Of a stretch of 64,000 nucleotides of DNA, positions 1 to 8,274 are shown piece by piece (position 1 is the stretch's first letter; every line of letters starts with the position of its first letter). Origin of the DNA: an uncultured bacterium (GTDB lineage: Bacteria > Oederibacteriota > Oederibacteriia > Oederibacteriales > Oederibacteriaceae). The stretch lies in the NCBI GenBank assembly GCA_965112635.1, contig OZ218778.1:1792001-1856000 (forward strand). Direction: 5' to 3'. Position numbers and translations under genes: made by a program. The notes below the pieces were generated by a model. The model saw nothing but the letters and a program-made list of their open reading frames with translations. It was not told the origin of the DNA and made no database searches.

Positions 1-142
1 AGGAAGGTCCTCCGAGCAAGGAAAAGGCAGTACAAGCTCAAGCGGCTACGCAATAAATATACGACAGGGTTGCCGATACAATCAGTCTTTGAATTTGGTT
101 TTCTGCACACCTAAAGATGTGAGAGAATAAGTTAAGCCTATG

Positions 143-175
143 GGCGGGATACTTCCAGAAATGGATTGTCCCGCC
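143..175 (+). terminator. GC-rich hairpin upstream of ribD (possible terminator or attenuator)
   Basis: GGCGGGATA(143-151) pairs with TGTCCCGCC(167-175), with an inner TCCA-GAAA-TGGA tetraloop hairpin; only a weak T-rich tail follows. Confidence 0.35.
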
Positions 176-214
176 TTGCTGTTTCTACGGGGTGATTTTT
201 TTATGGAGAGTTTT

Positions 215-1309
215 ATGATGATGGACAGGACTTATATGACGCTGGCTCTGGACCTGGCCAAAAAAGGTCTGGGCCGGGTCAGCCCCAATCCCATGGTGGG
301 GGCTGTGGTCGTTAAAGACGGTTGCATCGTAGGCCAGGGTTTCCATCCCAAGGCCGGCATGCCTCACGCGGAGATCTACGCTCTCAAACAAGCCGGGAAT
401 AAGGCCAAAGGCGGCACCCTCTATGTGTCTTTGGAGCCCTGTAACCATGTGGGCAGAACGCCTCCTTGTACCCGGGCCATTCTTAAGAGCGGGGTAAAGA
501 AAGTGGTCGCTGCGATGGTGGACCCCAACCCGCTGGTTTCCGGAGCGGGCATCCGCAGGTTGAGAAAACACGGCCTCGAGGTCAAGGTGGGACTTTTAGA
601 AAAAGAAGCGAAAAGATTGAATGAAATTTTTATCCATTTCATCACGACCGGAGAACCTTTTGGCATTTTGAAGGTCGCCATGAGCCTGGACGGAAAGATA
701 GCCACGCGGTTTAAAGAGTCCCAATGGATCTCTGGCAGGGAGTCGCGCGTTAAAACCCATGAGTTAAGAGGTCTTGTTGATGCTATTATAGTGGGGGTGC
801 AAACGGTCGTGCATGATGATCCCCTTTTGATCCCCAGGTTGGCACCGAACCTGTCCAATCCCTGGAGGGTTATCGTGGACAGCGATGGCAGGACACCCCC
901 GAATTCCAAGATTTTAGAGCCGACCCGAGGTAAAAAAACCATCGTTGCGGTTAGCGAGAATGCGCGGGCTGATAATTTGAAGAAGCTCCAAAGAGCAGGT
1001 GCTGAAATCCTTCGGGTGCCCGCTTTAAATTACAGAGTCAGCCTGAAAGCCCTTATGTCCTTGCTGGGCAGTCGCGGCATCACCAGCGCTCTTTTTGAGG
1101 GAGGAAGCGAAATTTATGCTTCTGCTTTGGAGGGGAAAATCATCCAGAAGGTGGTTTGTTTCGTTGCTCCAGGATTGATAGGAGGCAAGGAGGCGCCTTC
1201 AGCCATCGGGGGGCAGGGGGTCGAACGCTTGAACCAAATGGTGAGGTTAAAATCGATGGAGGCTGTTCCGGTCGGAAAAGATCTTATGATCTCGGGTTAT
1301 ATAGAATAA
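215..1309 (+). CDS. ribD: Bifunctional diaminohydroxyphosphoribosylaminopyrimidine deaminase/reductase RibD
   Basis: PNPMVGAV, HAE and LEPCNH...PPC zinc-deaminase motifs plus a reductase domain (SLDGKIA, EGG); start moved to ATG 215 behind GGAG (ORF track begins at 140). Confidence 0.95.
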   Translation: MMMDRTYMTLALDLAKKGLGRVSPNPMVGAVVVKDGCIVGQGFHPKAGMPHAEIYALKQAGNKAKGGTLYVSLEPCNHVGRTPPCTRAILKSGVKKVVAAMVDPNPLVSGAGIRRLRKHGLEVKVGLLEKEAKRLNEIFIHFITTGEPFGILKVAMSLDGKIATRFKESQWISGRESRVKTHELRGLVDAIIVGVQTVVHDDPLLIPRLAPNLSNPWRVIVDSDGRTPPNSKILEPTRGKKTIVAVSENARADNLKKLQRAGAEILRVPALNYRVSLKALMSLLGSRGITSALFEGGSEIYASALEGKIIQKVVCFVAPGLIGGKEAPSAIGGQGVERLNQMVRLKSMEAVPVGKDLMISGYIE

Positions 1310-1318
1310 GGAGCCAAG

Positions 1319-1972
1319 ATGTTTACGGGAATCGTCGTCGAAGCAGGCGAGGTGCTTGAATATTCCAAGGGAAGAAGTATCCATAGGCTCAAAATAAAGG
1401 CCCGAGAGGTCCTGAAAAAAGCCAAGGTGGGTGATAGCGTGTCCATTAACGGCGTCTGTTTAACTATGGTCCGGACCGGCAAAGGATATTTTTATGTTGA
1501 GATGATGCCGGAGACGGTCAAAAGGTCCAATCTGGGAAATTTAAAAGTTAACGACAAGGTAAACCTTGAACCGGCTTTGCGCTCAGGGGACCCCCTGGGC
1601 GGTCATTTGGTGAGCGGGCACGTAGAAGAAATAGGCCGGCTGGGCAGGATCGTGCCTGAGGGCGATTCGATTCGGATGTTCATCGAGACCTCGGCATGGT
1701 TTTTGGGTTACGTGATCGCCAAAGGTTCGGTAGCTGTGGAAGGGATCAGTTTGACCGTTGTGTCCAAGGAAAGGAACGGTTTTTGGATCGCCTTGATCCC
1801 GCATACTTTAGCGGTGACCAACCTCTCCATCCTCAAGACAGGCGCTCTGGTCAATTTGGAAGCCGACCTGATCGGTAAATATGTCATCGAAGGCCTGAAG
1901 AGCTATATGGAAAAAGACAAGAAGCCGTCGAAAATAACAAAAGAGTATTTAAAATCAAAAGGTTTTTGCTAG
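1319..1972 (+). CDS. ribE: Riboflavin synthase (alpha chain)
   Basis: MFTGIV N-terminus, GDSVSINGVCLT, LGGHLVSGHV, VNLEAD. Confidence 0.96.
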   Translation: MFTGIVVEAGEVLEYSKGRSIHRLKIKAREVLKKAKVGDSVSINGVCLTMVRTGKGYFYVEMMPETVKRSNLGNLKVNDKVNLEPALRSGDPLGGHLVSGHVEEIGRLGRIVPEGDSIRMFIETSAWFLGYVIAKGSVAVEGISLTVVSKERNGFWIALIPHTLAVTNLSILKTGALVNLEADLIGKYVIEGLKSYMEKDKKPSKITKEYLKSKGFC

Positions 1973-1983
1973 AAAGCTGGGCG

Positions 1984-2445
1984 ATGGAAATCAGGGAAGT
2001 CAGATCAAAAGTAGATGCCGTCTTTACCAAACCGAAAAAGGATAAAAGTACGGTTATTGGAGCTTCTTCCGAAGGCAAGCAGTCTTTTGTGGAAGTCGTA
2101 GACGACAGGGACAAGGAATACAGAAAAAGGGAGTTCGAGGAACTGATCATAGATATAGACAAAAGCAGCAAAAGATTCCTGGCCCGTCCAGGCACCGAGG
2201 AATTCAATGAATACAAGCGCCTGGTCAAAGCTTTTTTGGAGAAAGTCGTATCAAAGGGCTTTGAGGTCATAAGAAGCGGCATGGAGGAAAAGTCCAAGAA
2301 AAAGGGGATTTATGCCGTGATCATTCAAATAGACCAGAAAATCGTAGAGCTGGGTGAGCAGGTGGTCAAATTTCAGAAGCCAGTCCTGAAATTAGCTGCC
2401 AAGGTCAACGAGATCCGGGGACTTTTGGCCGACATTTATCGATGA
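1984..2445 (+). CDS. YaaR/DUF327 family protein
   Basis: [10 protein letters not shown]...IDQKIVEL...[10 protein letters not shown] pattern typical of DUF327; start codon uncertain (1966 or 1984). Confidence 0.75.
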   Translation: MEIREVRSKVDAVFTKPKKDKSTVIGASSEGKQSFVEVVDDRDKEYRKREFEELIIDIDKSSKRFLARPGTEEFNEYKRLVKAFLEKVVSKGFEVIRSGMEEKSKKKGIYAVIIQIDQKIVELGEQVVKFQKPVLKLAAKVNEIRGLLADIYR

Positions 2446-2458
2446 TTTATCAGGGGGA

Positions 2459-3685
2459 GTGAACGAAAAAATGCCCAAAAAAGTCTTTTGTGATGTCCAG
2501 GAGGCTATCAGGGAGATTGGCGTTGGCAGCATGATCATCGTGACCGACGACCATCGGAGAGAGAACGAAGGCGACCTGATCATGGCCGCGGAAAAGGTCA
2601 CTCCCCAGAGCATCAATTATATGGCAAAACACGGCCGGGGGTTGATTTGTGTCGCGGTCAAGGGTGAGAGGCTCGATGATTTGCAAATCCAGCCCATGGT
2701 CTCCCAGCCCACAGCCCGTATGAAGACCGCGTTCACGGTTTCTATTGACGCCAAGCAGGGAACCACTACGGGTATCTCTGCCCATGACAGGGCCTTGACG
2801 ATTAAAAAGATCATTGACCACCGGGCCAAGCCCGAGGATTTTCTAAAACCCGGGCACATCTTTCCTTTAAGGGCCATGGAAGGCGGGGTGTTACGGAGGG
2901 CCGGCCATACCGAAGCCTCCGTGGACCTGGCACAGCTGGCAAATCTTTATCCCGCGGGGGTCCTTTGCGAGATCATGAACGCAGACGGCAGTATGGCCCG
3001 ACTGAAGCAACTGGTACCCTTTGCCAAGAAGCATGGTTTAAAAATATTGACCGTGGCTGACCTTATCAAATACAGGAGGTCCTGCGAGAGACAAGTCCAT
3101 GCCATGGCCGCAACCATGCTTCCTACCAAAAACGGGGATTTCAAGATCGTACTTTATGGCAACACCCTGGACAGCATCCAGCACGTTGCCTTGGTGAAAG
3201 GCGATGTGAAAGGCAAAAAGAACGTCCTGGTCCGCGTACACTCTGAGTGTTTGACCGGCGACCTCTTTGGCTCCCAGAGATGTGAGTGCGGCCAGCAGTT
3301 GGAACTTTCCCTGAAGCTTATCGCCAAGGAGAGGCAGGGAGTGCTGCTTTATTTGCGGCAGGAGGGGCGCGGCATAGGCCTGCTCAACAAGATCAAAGCG
3401 TACGAGTTGCAAGACAGAGGGCTGGATACCGTGGAAGCCAACGAAAAACTTGGTTACAGGGCTGACCTGCGGGATTATGGGATAGGCGCCCAAATACTTT
3501 CGGACCTGGGTTTGACCAGCATAAGGCTTCTGACGAATAATCCCCGGAAGATCATTGGTTTGGCAGGTTATGGGCTCAAGATCGTCAGGCGTGTTCCTAT
3601 AGAGATTAAGCCAAACCGTTTGAACAAGAAATATCTCTTGACCAAGAAAATTAAACTAGGACATTTGTTGAACCAGGTTGGATGA
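2459..3685 (+). CDS. ribBA: Bifunctional DHBP synthase / GTP cyclohydrolase II
   Basis: [51 protein letters not shown]. Confidence 0.97.
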   Translation: MNEKMPKKVFCDVQEAIREIGVGSMIIVTDDHRRENEGDLIMAAEKVTPQSINYMAKHGRGLICVAVKGERLDDLQIQPMVSQPTARMKTAFTVSIDAKQGTTTGISAHDRALTIKKIIDHRAKPEDFLKPGHIFPLRAMEGGVLRRAGHTEASVDLAQLANLYPAGVLCEIMNADGSMARLKQLVPFAKKHGLKILTVADLIKYRRSCERQVHAMAATMLPTKNGDFKIVLYGNTLDSIQHVALVKGDVKGKKNVLVRVHSECLTGDLFGSQRCECGQQLELSLKLIAKERQGVLLYLRQEGRGIGLLNKIKAYELQDRGLDTVEANEKLGYRADLRDYGIGAQILSDLGLTSIRLLTNNPRKIIGLAGYGLKIVRRVPIEIKPNRLNKKYLLTKKIKLGHLLNQVG

Positions 3686-3722
3686 TTGTGCAAAGGAAAA
3701 AAAGTTAAGCAAAGGAGTCCTT

Positions 3723-4190
3723 ATGAAAACCATAGAAGGGAATTTTGTAGGGAAGGGAAGGAAATTCGCCATTGTAGTGGCCAGATTCAATGAATTCCTG
3801 ACCAAACAGCTCTTGGAGGGGGCTTTGGAGGGTTTGAGGAGGCACGAAGTGGCTGAAAAAAACATCACGGTGGCCTGGGTGCCGGGTAGTTTTGAAATTC
3901 CGGTCACCGCTTTGTCTCTGGCGAAGACCAGGCAATACGATGCTATTATTTGCCTGGGCGCGGTCATTAGGGGAGAGACGCCGCATTTTGAGCATGTATC
4001 CAGAGAGGCAGCCAGCGGCATCAACCAGGTGGGTTTGATGACCGGATTGCCAGTCATTTTTGGAGTGCTTACTACGGATAATCTCGAGCAGGCCGTAGAT
4101 AGAGCTGGCGTAAAAGCCGGCAACAAAGGTTTTGAGGCTGCCCTGACAGCTTTGGCTATGGCAGACGTGATAAAGCAAATAAAAACCTAG
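3723..4190 (+). CDS. ribH: 6,7-dimethyl-8-ribityllumazine synthase
   Basis: ARFN, VPGSFEIP, GAVIRGETPHF, GNKG; ATG 3723 behind AAGGAG. Confidence 0.97.
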   Translation: MKTIEGNFVGKGRKFAIVVARFNEFLTKQLLEGALEGLRRHEVAEKNITVAWVPGSFEIPVTALSLAKTRQYDAIICLGAVIRGETPHFEHVSREAASGINQVGLMTGLPVIFGVLTTDNLEQAVDRAGVKAGNKGFEAALTALAMADVIKQIKT

Positions 4191-4194
4191 ATGG

Positions 4195-4644
4195 ATGGTT
4201 AGAGCGATGACCAAGGCAAAAAAAACAATAGAATCCAGAAGAAGAAGCCGAGAAATTGCTTTGCAGATGCTTTTCCAGGCTGAAGTAGGGAAGTGCTCCT
4301 TAGAGGAAATGGCGGATGGTTTCTTAGAGCAGCAGTCTCTTGGAGAGAAAAGCAGGTCGTTTTCACTGGAGTTGACCAAAGGGACTCTTGATCATCTTGA
4401 AGAAATCGACAGTTTGCTCGCAGAGGCCATCAAAAATTGGAATCTGCTTAATGTGGCAGCGGTTGACCGAAATATCATGAGATTAGCCTGTTATGAGTTT
4501 TTGTATTGCGATGACATCCCCGCAAAAGTATCCCTAAACGAAGCCATCGAATTGGCCAAGAAATTCAGCTCTCCCCAATCCAGCGGATTTGTTAATGGAA
4601 TCTTAGATAAGATACAGGCCAAAGTCCCTAAAAAGGCCGTGTGA
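4195..4644 (+). CDS. nusB: Transcription antitermination factor NusB
   Basis: RRRSREIALQMLFQ, VDRNIMRLA, NEAIELAKKFS, FVNGILD; ribH-nusB synteny. Confidence 0.95.
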   Translation: MVRAMTKAKKTIESRRRSREIALQMLFQAEVGKCSLEEMADGFLEQQSLGEKSRSFSLELTKGTLDHLEEIDSLLAEAIKNWNLLNVAAVDRNIMRLACYEFLYCDDIPAKVSLNEAIELAKKFSSPQSSGFVNGILDKIQAKVPKKAV

Positions 4645-4683
4645 TCTATTTATTGCCACAAATGCTGGTCACGGCTAAGTTTA

Positions 4684-4712
4684 TTGACATATTCCTTTTA
4701 AAATGATAGGAT
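4684..4712 (+). promoter_or_regulatory. sigma70-type promoter for infC-rpmI-rplT
   Basis: TTGACA(4684-4689)-17 bp-TAGGAT(4707-4712) with an extended -10 TG. Confidence 0.6.
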
Positions 4713-4771
4713 TTTCCTACTTTTTTCAAGATTTTTGGGAAAGCAAAACAATTTAACGAAGGGAGACCCAT

Positions 4772-5338
4772 ATTTTTAAGGAATTAAGGGCCAATAAGCA
4801 GATCCATGCGCCAAAAGTTTTGGTCATCGACGAAGAAGGTGAAAAGTTGGGGATTATGACCGTTGACGAAGGGATCACGGCAGCAATTGCTAGTGGTCTA
4901 GACCTGGTAGAAGTTGGGCAGGATAAAGATATCCCCACTTGCCGTATCATGAATTATGGGAAGTTCAGATACGAAAGACATAAAAAAGACAAGGACGCCA
5001 AGAAAAAGCAGAAAATTGTTTTGATCAAAGAGATCAAATTAAGGCCGAAGATTGACAAACACGACTATGAAACTAAGATGCGCCATATCAGGGAATTCAT
5101 CGAATTTGGCCATAAAGTCAGATTGACGATCATGTTTAGAGGAAGGGAAATGGATCATGTTGAGATCGGCGCCAATCTTTTAGAGAGGGCCATCCAGGAT
5201 CTCAACGGGATCGCGGTATTGGAAAGTAGGTCCTCGATGCAAGATAATAATTTAGCGGTATTACTAGCTCCAAAATTGGTCAAAGAGGAAAAAAATGCCA
5301 AAGTTAAAGACCAGCAAGTCAGCAGCGAAAAGGTTTAG
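4772..5338 (+). CDS. infC: Translation initiation factor IF-3, non-canonical ATT start
   Basis: In-frame ATT at 4772 lies 6 nt after GGGAG and gives (M)FKELRANKQIHAPKVLVIDEEG; LDLVEV, CRIMNYGKFRYE, KEIKLRPKIDKHD, FRGRE. Confidence 0.95.
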   Translation: MFKELRANKQIHAPKVLVIDEEGEKLGIMTVDEGITAAIASGLDLVEVGQDKDIPTCRIMNYGKFRYERHKKDKDAKKKQKIVLIKEIKLRPKIDKHDYETKMRHIREFIEFGHKVRLTIMFRGREMDHVEIGANLLERAIQDLNGIAVLESRSSMQDNNLAVLLAPKLVKEEKNAKVKDQQVSSEKV

Positions 5339-5495
5339 CTTTACCGGCTCAGGCAAAATCAAACACAAGAACGCATTTGCGCGTCATAAATTGGAGGCAA
5401 AGAATATCGCGAGACGGAGGAGGCTGAGAAAGCTGGGATTTGTGCATGAGACCAACGCAAGGGCCATTGCAAGGTTGTTGCCTTACAAAAATTAA
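5295..5495 (+). CDS. rpmI: 50S ribosomal protein L35
   Basis: MPKLKTSKSAAKRFSFTGSGK; infC-rpmI-rplT synteny. Confidence 0.96.
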   Translation: MPKLKTSKSAAKRFSFTGSGKIKHKNAFARHKLEAKNIARRRRLRKLGFVHETNARAIARLLPYKN

Positions 5496-5528
5496 TTTTT
5501 TTAAAATCTCGTATATCTAGGAGGATAG

Positions 5529-5891
5529 GTGGCAAGGGTAAAAGGCGGAATGACCGCTAGAAAACACAAGAGAAAAGTCTTCAAGCTGGCCAAGGGGAAC
5601 TGGGGTGGACGCAAGAACAGGAACCGGATGGCCCAAGAGACAGTACAAAAAGGCCTGGCCTATGCCCATAGGGATCGGCGCCAAAGGAAAAGGGAATTCA
5701 GGAAAATGTGGATCGCGCGGCTTAATGCTGCTGCCAGAATTCACGGTTTGTCCTACAGCCGTTTGATTGACGGCCTGACCAAAGCCAAAGTGGCCATTAA
5801 CAGAAAAATGTTGGCCGAGTTGGCGATTCACGACAGCCAGGTTTTCGGCCAGGTCGTTGATGTGGCCAAGAAACAGCTGAGCAAAGCCTAA
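5529..5891 (+). CDS. rplT: 50S ribosomal protein L20
   Basis: MARVKGG...YAHRDRRQRKREFRKMWIARLNAAAR...NRKMLAELA; GTG start after AGGAGG. Confidence 0.97.
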   Translation: MARVKGGMTARKHKRKVFKLAKGNWGGRKNRNRMAQETVQKGLAYAHRDRRQRKREFRKMWIARLNAAARIHGLSYSRLIDGLTKAKVAINRKMLAELAIHDSQVFGQVVDVAKKQLSKA

Positions 5892-5932
5892 ATTGACCTA
5901 GAGTAAAGATCGCAGGGTTACTACTGAAAGAA

Positions 5933-6781
5933 ATGACAAGAAAAGTGAGTGGCGGAAAAATAACACCCATAACCTCCTTCCACAATTCCCGCATCAAATT
6001 TATCAGGTCCCTTCATGAGACTTCGGTGAGGAAAGGCTCAAAAAAATATTTCGTCGAGGGTTTGAAGCTTTGCCAAGATGCCATTCTATCGGAAGCGGCC
6101 ATCGATTTTTGTCTGGTCAATTCCTCCTTTGAGACGACCGCTGAAGGCAAAGACTTTTTATCCCAAGTTGCCAGGAAAAAGATTGAGGTAGCCCAAGTTA
6201 CGGACGATTTATACAAAAAAATCAGCGACCTTGAAAACCCCCAAGGCGTCTTGTGTGTGGCTAACCAACCGGAAGCCTCCTTGGAGACTTTGGCTGGCCA
6301 CAAAGGACCGTTGCGCTTTATTTTTGCCGAAAAGGTCCAGGACCCAGGCAATATAGGTGCTATTTTGAGGACCATCGAAGCCTTGGGCGCGAGCGGCCTG
6401 GTAATTTCCGGTGGCGGGGTGGATGTCTTTCACCCTAAAGTGGTAAGGAGCTCCATGGGGGCCATTTTTAGATGTCCTATTTTTGAGGCAGAAAATCTCA
6501 GAGATTGGCTGGATCAATCTAAAAAATTTAGAGTTAAGATGCAAGTAGTTGCAGCGGATAGTAGTGCTAAAAAAGAGTTATTTCAGATTAACTTCAGCAT
6601 TTGCAGTACTATTGTCATCGGGTCTGAAGGGCAGGGATTGTCTAGAGAATCACTTTCACTTTCTGATGAAATCATAAGGATACCGATGGCAGGTAAAGCA
6701 GAGTCTTTAAATGTCGCTGTGGCCACCGGGATCCTGTTATTTTGTGCCTGCACTAATGTAATGAGACCTAAAAAATATTAA
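5933..6781 (+). CDS. TrmH/SpoU family RNA 2'-O-methyltransferase
   Basis: QDPGNIGAILRT, VIGSEGQG and IPMAGKAESLNVAVA SPOUT motifs. Confidence 0.92.
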   Translation: MTRKVSGGKITPITSFHNSRIKFIRSLHETSVRKGSKKYFVEGLKLCQDAILSEAAIDFCLVNSSFETTAEGKDFLSQVARKKIEVAQVTDDLYKKISDLENPQGVLCVANQPEASLETLAGHKGPLRFIFAEKVQDPGNIGAILRTIEALGASGLVISGGGVDVFHPKVVRSSMGAIFRCPIFEAENLRDWLDQSKKFRVKMQVVAADSSAKKELFQINFSICSTIVIGSEGQGLSRESLSLSDEIIRIPMAGKAESLNVAVATGILLFCACTNVMRPKKY

Positions 6782-6835
6782 AAACCTTCTTTTCACCTTA
6801 TTTTTTCAGCACTTTTTGACCTTTTGCTGCTCACA

Positions 6836-6864
6836 TTGACAGGTCCCAATAGCGGTGCTATAGT
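6836..6864 (+). promoter_or_regulatory. sigma70-type promoter
   Basis: TTGACA(6836-6841)-17 bp-TATAGT(6859-6864) with an extended -10 TG. Confidence 0.6.
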
Positions 6865-6915
6865 TACGCTACAAAACTTTAGGGAACGAGGTACGAAATT
6901 ATGCGGAGGCCAAGC

Positions 6916-7095
6916 GTGATAGAGCCCGAATTAAAACAAGAGAGTGATTTTATGTGGAAATTATTTGAACAAACGGGTTCTGTTGGTGTTTTTCTGGTTT
7001 ATAAGCAGACCCAGAAGAATATTGATACTTTTGAAAAAGCAAAAAAACAAATTCTCAAAATAATGGAGTTCGATTTTAGAGAAACAGAGTTTTAA
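6916..7095 (+). CDS. Small YqzL-like protein
   Basis: FMWKLFEQTGSVGVFLVYKQ resembles the YqzL motif (W..F..TG....YL.YK); GTG 6916 follows GGAGG (alternative ATG 6901). Confidence 0.6.
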   Translation: MIEPELKQESDFMWKLFEQTGSVGVFLVYKQTQKNIDTFEKAKKQILKIMEFDFRETEF

Positions 7096-7116
7096 GCTTA
7101 TATAACTTATGTATTT

Positions 7117-7164
7117 TCAATTAAAAAAGTTTATATCCCCGGGGGTATAAACTTTTTTTATTGA
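7117..7164. terminator. Long near-perfect inverted repeat, probable bidirectional intrinsic terminator
   Basis: TCAAT-T-AAAAAAGTTTATA-TCCCCGGGGG-TATAAACTTTTTT-T-ATTGA: a perfect 13-bp arm pair with A/T tracts on both sides. Confidence 0.65.
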
Positions 7165-7286
7165 CTACAGCTCGAATTCCGGCAAGTATATTGTTGATTA
7201 AAATATTGTAATTAATAAAAAAGCAGTTAGGTGTTGATGAGTTATTCAAAAGCGTTACCAAACTACTTAAAAAAGAAGATAAACTT

Positions 7287-8264
7287 ATGAGAGAGAATAT
7301 TCAGAAGCTTGAGGCAGAAGCTGGGGCAGGAATTCAAAAGGCTGTAAGTCTCGAGGAATTGCAAAAGCTACGTGTCCATTATTTAGGTAAAAAAGGTCAA
7401 GTCACCGAGTTGCTCCATTCCCTTAAAGATCTTTCCATAGAAGAAAAAAAGGAGATTGGTGCTTTAGTCAATGCCCTTAGGGATAAAATTGAAAGTTTTA
7501 TCGCTCAAAAGTCTGACCAGCTGGCTTCAAGCGATTCCCAGACCCTTAAGAACAGGGTCGATATCACATTGCCGGCCGCCCTGCCTCCGACGGGGAGGTT
7601 GCATCCTTTGACCCAGATATTATTGGAGATGCAGGAGTTCTTTGAGGCATTGGGGTTTGAGGTTGCTGAGGGCCCTGAAATCGAGACAGATTACTATAAT
7701 TTTGAAGCCCTCAATATTCCTGCCCACCATCCTGCCAGGGATCTCTGGGATACTTTTTACCTTTCGGAAAACCTGTTGCTAAGAACCCATACTTCGCCTG
7801 TGCAAATCCATTTTATGGAAAAGAAAAAACCTCCTTTTCGTTTGATTGTTCCAGGACGTTGTTACCGCAGGGACCAAGTAGACGCCAGCCATTTGCCGAT
7901 TTTCCACCAGCTAGAAGGGTTAGTGGTGGACCGGGATATCCAGTTCTCCCACCTTAAGGGGGTTTTGGAGGCTTTTGTGCACCATATGTTCGGGAAACAC
8001 CGAGCCGTCCGTTTTTTGCCCAGCTTTTTCCCGTTTACCGAACCAAGTGCTGAAATGGGAGTGGAATGGGAAAGTGGCTGGTTGGAGATCATGGGTTGCG
8101 GCATGGTCCATCCAAAGGTGTTGAGCCGGATGGGAATAGACCCTGAGCAATGGAGCGGTTTTGCTTTTGGAATGGGGATAGACAGGATTACCATGCTCAA
8201 ATATGGGATCCCTGATATGAGGCTTTTATTCGAGAACCACAAATTGTTTTTAAAACAATTTTAA
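7287..8264 (+). CDS. pheS: Phenylalanine--tRNA ligase alpha subunit
   Basis: NFEALNIPAHHPARD, LLRTHTSPVQ, FHQLEGL, FPFTEPSAE, GFAFGMG. Confidence 0.98.
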   Translation: MRENIQKLEAEAGAGIQKAVSLEELQKLRVHYLGKKGQVTELLHSLKDLSIEEKKEIGALVNALRDKIESFIAQKSDQLASSDSQTLKNRVDITLPAALPPTGRLHPLTQILLEMQEFFEALGFEVAEGPEIETDYYNFEALNIPAHHPARDLWDTFYLSENLLLRTHTSPVQIHFMEKKKPPFRLIVPGRCYRRDQVDASHLPIFHQLEGLVVDRDIQFSHLKGVLEAFVHHMFGKHRAVRFLPSFFPFTEPSAEMGVEWESGWLEIMGCGMVHPKVLSRMGIDPEQWSGFAFGMGIDRITMLKYGIPDMRLLFENHKLFLKQF

Positions 8265-8274
8265 CGAGGATGTT

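Noticed and set aside
1-114. 3' end of an upstream CDS
   Set aside because: All three + frames are open for short stretches and none can be assigned to a family from the visible fragment.
1-214. FMN riboswitch upstream of ribD
   Set aside because: The conserved RFN sequence blocks are not present in the visible leader.
7117-7164. Palindrome as a MITE/REP or mobile-element end
   Set aside because: Only a single copy was seen, with no transposase or target duplication; a terminator is the simpler reading.
7096-7286. T-box leader upstream of pheS
   Set aside because: No T-box consensus (AAGGTGGTACC-like) or specifier stem; the region is short and AT-rich with only a palindromic terminator.
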